From the NCBI RefSeq assembly GCF_009914755.1, contig NC_060929.1: a stretch of 64,000 nt of DNA, one strand, 5' to 3'. A program made the position numbers and the translations under genes. The notes below the pieces were generated by a model, which searched no databases, was not told the origin of the DNA, and was given only the letters and a program-made list of their open reading frames with translations. Shown one piece after another: positions 60,846 to 64,000 of this stretch. Origin of the DNA: the human T2T-CHM13v2.0 reference genome, Homo sapiens. Each line of letters starts with the position of its first letter. The first letter of the stretch is position 1.

Positions 60846-61237
60846 TCTCCTGGATTCTGCTTCTTTGATTGAACCCTGATTGATACACATAGTAATTGGA
60901 TACACATAGTATTCAATAAATGGCTTTCTTCTGTTTCATTTTATTCCCCTCTTGTCACTCAATATTGCACAGCCACTTGCTTCTGGTTATTGCTCACAGC
61001 ATCCTGCACTTGTTCCCTGTTTACATGAGTACTGCCGCAATCCTCACTAATTTGCAAGTCTGAAAGCATTTTGATGACGTAAATAACCTTTGAATGCAAG
61101 CTGTGTCTGAGAAAAACTTTCCCACGTATATAAGAATAGATTTATATCCACATTGGACTCAAATATCCACATGAAGATAAAGGCTTCCTTCTTCCTCATT
61201 TCCTGGATGACTCTTCATCCAACTTTTTAGGTCAAGG

Positions 61238-61599
61238 CGTCTTAGTCTGCTCAGGCTGCTATTACAAAATACTATAAACTCGTGACTTAATCAACAGATG
61301 TTTATTTCTTACCTTTTGGAAGCCAGAAGTCTAGCACCAGGGTGCCAGCATGGTCAGTGTCTGTTGAGGGCCCTCTTCCTGGCTTTCAGAGAGCTGCCTT
61401 CTTACTGCGTCCTCGCATGATGGAGACAGCGTTCTGGTCTCCTATTATTAGGACACTAAGCCCATCATGGGAGCCCTACCCTCATGACCTCATCTAAACC
61501 TAATTACCTCCCAAAGATCCCCCTCCAAATGTCATCACAATAGGGTTTAAGGCTTCATTATATGAGTTTAAGGGGGGCACAAACATTCAGTTTATAACA
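61238..61599 (-). mobile_element. MLT1A0-like MaLR solo LTR
   Basis: 'gtcttagtctgctcaggctgctattacaaaatac...acaaacattcagtttataaca'; perfect TSD caagg (61233-61237, 61600-61604). Confidence 0.88.
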
Positions 61600-62129
61600 C
61601 AAGGTAAGAAATAAATCCAATTAACCTATAAAGACTTCTGAAGGATTTAAGTATTTGCTCATTGTTGGCTGTGTTTGGAAGTTGGCTGCTGAAAGGTATA
61701 CTCTGCACACTAGACATATATTGGGAGGGTATACTTGAGGAAGATGGTCTCCAGTTCCTCTACAGTGTTAAGGCTGATGTATGTCACTCCTACACCAGTA
61801 TTTAATTGTACATTGTCCCCATCATATGCTAATTGTGAAGCTTCCTCAGCAAAGAGAAAACCACTGCAGCCAGGGACACTGGTGGAGAATATGCTGATGA
61901 CTCAGAGTGAAGCATGGCAACTCTTAGAAAAATGACAACTGTATTCTCTGCTAGTGGAGGTACCCTCAAAGAGAAATGTCCTGTACAGCCCAATATATTA
62001 CATTGTTAGTCTTAGATGTAGTGAGATGCATCAACATACTAAGAATATAAAGCAAGTAGGTAGAATTACTGTTTTCACTCCAGGATCAGGAAAGGCATCT
62101 AAACATCAAACACACTGGGATAAATTGCA

Positions 62130-62900
62130 TATGGCAGTATGTCTCCTGGCTCTGAGCGATGCCCCTTCCTCCTGCTCACACAAACCTCCTTGGCCACAGT
62201 TGGTTGGACTGAGTATTGACACGTGACCCATGTTGGGCCAGGTAGATTCTTTTTCCTGCGAACTTGGATTTTCATCAAGAAATACTATGTGTTACTTAAA
62301 TGGCAACATATCAACATGGCATATCAGAATTATTTCAGGTGCAAGTGGCTGACATCCAGTCTAAGTGGCTTAAACAGAAGAGGATTTATTGACTCCATGA
62401 CTGAAAAGTCTAAAGGTAAAACTCAGTGGAGGTTTAGATTGATCCAAAGATCTAAAAATTGCAACAGGACTAAGGTTCTTTTTCCATTTCCCGACTGTTT
62501 CTTCTGGGTTGGTGCAATCTCAGATTGTGGTGTCAAGAAGGCTACAGAAGCTCCAGTTTACAACTCCCAAGTTTGAGTCCAAGGGGAAGAGCGCATCCTT
62601 CATTACCCAAAGTCCTAGCAAGAGTCTCTTTGCATCTCACTGACTCTGATTGAATCACATGTCTATAGCCGAACCACTCCCCATAGGTGGGAAAATGTGA
62701 TGCTCTGACGGTCGCTCACCCAGAGCTAGAGGTAAAAGTCAAGGATTTAGAAAAATAGGGAAAGCAAAAGTAAGAGACAATCTCAAGCTACCAAATGTTC
62801 ATTACCTCAATGTCTGGAGCTATGAGGCAGCCATGTTCCACCATGCAGACAGAGAAGCAGAGGAAGCACTGGCTAAAACGAGAGAAAAGACTGGCATAGA
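62130..62900. mobile_element. Fragments of old MaLR LTRs (MLT1J/K-like)
   Basis: 'ttcaggtgcaagtgg..ctaagtggcttaaac..atttattgactc..aaaagtcta' on - and 'ggagc..ggcagccatgttcc' on +. Confidence 0.5.
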
Positions 62901-62903
62901 CAT

Positions 62904-63534
62904 TATAGGGTCCAAGGGGTAGGTTTCCCTCAGCCCCTTGAAGGTTCACTGAAAAATTAATTCACAAAAGAAAGATGAATAGGAGAAAAGGCATATATAT
63001 TGACTTAATGTGTGTACACGGGAGCCTTGAGAATGAGGCCCCCTTTAGGAGAAGCTGTCCATTTTTATGTTTAGGTACAACAAAGTATGGACAGCCATGT
63101 AGAAATACGATTGGAGAAAAAGGGTGTGACCTAATGCTAATAGACTGAGTGGGAAAACCCAACAAAGCCTATCTGACTAGATTCTTCTTGGCCTCTCTGA
63201 GCACTGTTCCTTCCTTCTGGGGATGGGGCAGGACCTTCTCTGCAATAGGCATCTTATGATCTACAGTCAGACAAGGTAGGTCCGATAATTTTCTTTATGG
63301 CCAGTTTTTATTCAGAACGGGAAAGGGAAAGCTAGCGTAATAATTTTAGGTTTTATGGATAGCTTTCAGGAAAGGAGGCTGTGGTTTCTACGGTTTGCCT
63401 TGGGGAAGAGGGATTCTAGTTTCCATGGCTAGCCTCAGGGGAAATTGAGTCTGAGAGACAGGGTGGTAGGAGGTCAGAGAAAAACTTTGCTTCTGAGGCC
63501 TTCATGTTGGGGTATTGTTTTCTGAGCTCCAAAG
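62904..63534 (-). mobile_element. MER34/MER39-family ERV1 solo LTR
   Basis: Reverse complement starts 'ttggagctcagaaaacaatacccc..gaaggcctcagaagcaaagtttttctctgacc..gaggctagccatggaaactagaatccctcttcccc'. Confidence 0.75.
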
Positions 63535-64000
63535 CCATGCAGAAGGAACAAGAGACAGAAAACAGAAAGGGCACTTCCCAGGTCCCTGTGGTTTTACAGG
63601 GCATGTTTCCATCTCTTCCTGAGGCTTGATGCAAACCTGTTCTTAGGATCTGTGAGACTCCTCTGTGGCTTGATAGTATGTCCTCTTTTCCTCTCTTTTT
63701 CTTTTGTTCCTCTGAAGGTAACTTGCATTGGTTTCTATTACTCACAGGCAGTGACATTAATCCTAGGAGCCCATCAGAGTCTTTACATAGCTCTGTGACG
63801 GGAAAACAAATGGAGCATATCCCAGGCCTAGGAATTGTCTGTCTTGGAAGGAAAAGTAACAAAACTGTGTGCCAGAATGTGAGAGAGAATGCTGGACATT
63901 TGTTGTTTTTCCCATCAACATCTTCTCCTTGCCCCATGGGGTATCATTGCTCCACAATTCTCCAGGGATGCATTGTGGGTAAAACTGACTCCATGTTTAA

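Noticed and set aside
63680-63723. Polypyrimidine tract followed by gaag|gtaact (acceptor or recursive site)
   Set aside because: AAG acceptor and weak donor; not distinguishable from background

Overview
This is primate (most likely human or great-ape) nuclear DNA, not microbial, and most of the window is transposable-element derived. It holds about 11 Alus (J, S and Y types), three large L1s, a near full-length Tigger1 DNA transposon, a complete THE1 MaLR provirus, about 15 solo LTRs (MLT1, MLT2, MST, THE1, MER50, MER34-like) and many MIR, L2 and old L1M fragments. The large L1s are an L1PA12/13-like copy on +, a 3'-truncated L1P4-like copy on -, and a full-length L1MA2-like copy on + with a target-site duplication (TSD). 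I find no credible protein-coding gene, RNA gene or CRISPR array; the ORF track is explained by decayed L1, Tigger and MaLR ORFs, Alu read-through and chance ORFs. It reads as intergenic or deep intronic. The most notable non-routine signals are: (i) candidate + strand exons with strong splice signals (21781-21876, 47760-47802, acceptors at 6005 and 23523) and a sense THE1 LTR carrying a DUX4-type site, TATA and two donors, suggesting an LTR-linked lncRNA; (ii) template-switch-like micro-rearrangement scars (14715-14876, 28675-28710, 56864-56916); (iii) a perfect 15-bp-arm hairpin in unique sequence (45101-45137); (iv) CCTCCCT hotspot-type variants in two THE1 LTRs; (v) a nested insertion stack of four elements. 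Subfamily names come from remembered consensus sequences and need RepeatMasker/Dfam confirmation. I could not identify the locus, and I see no clearly novel biological system.
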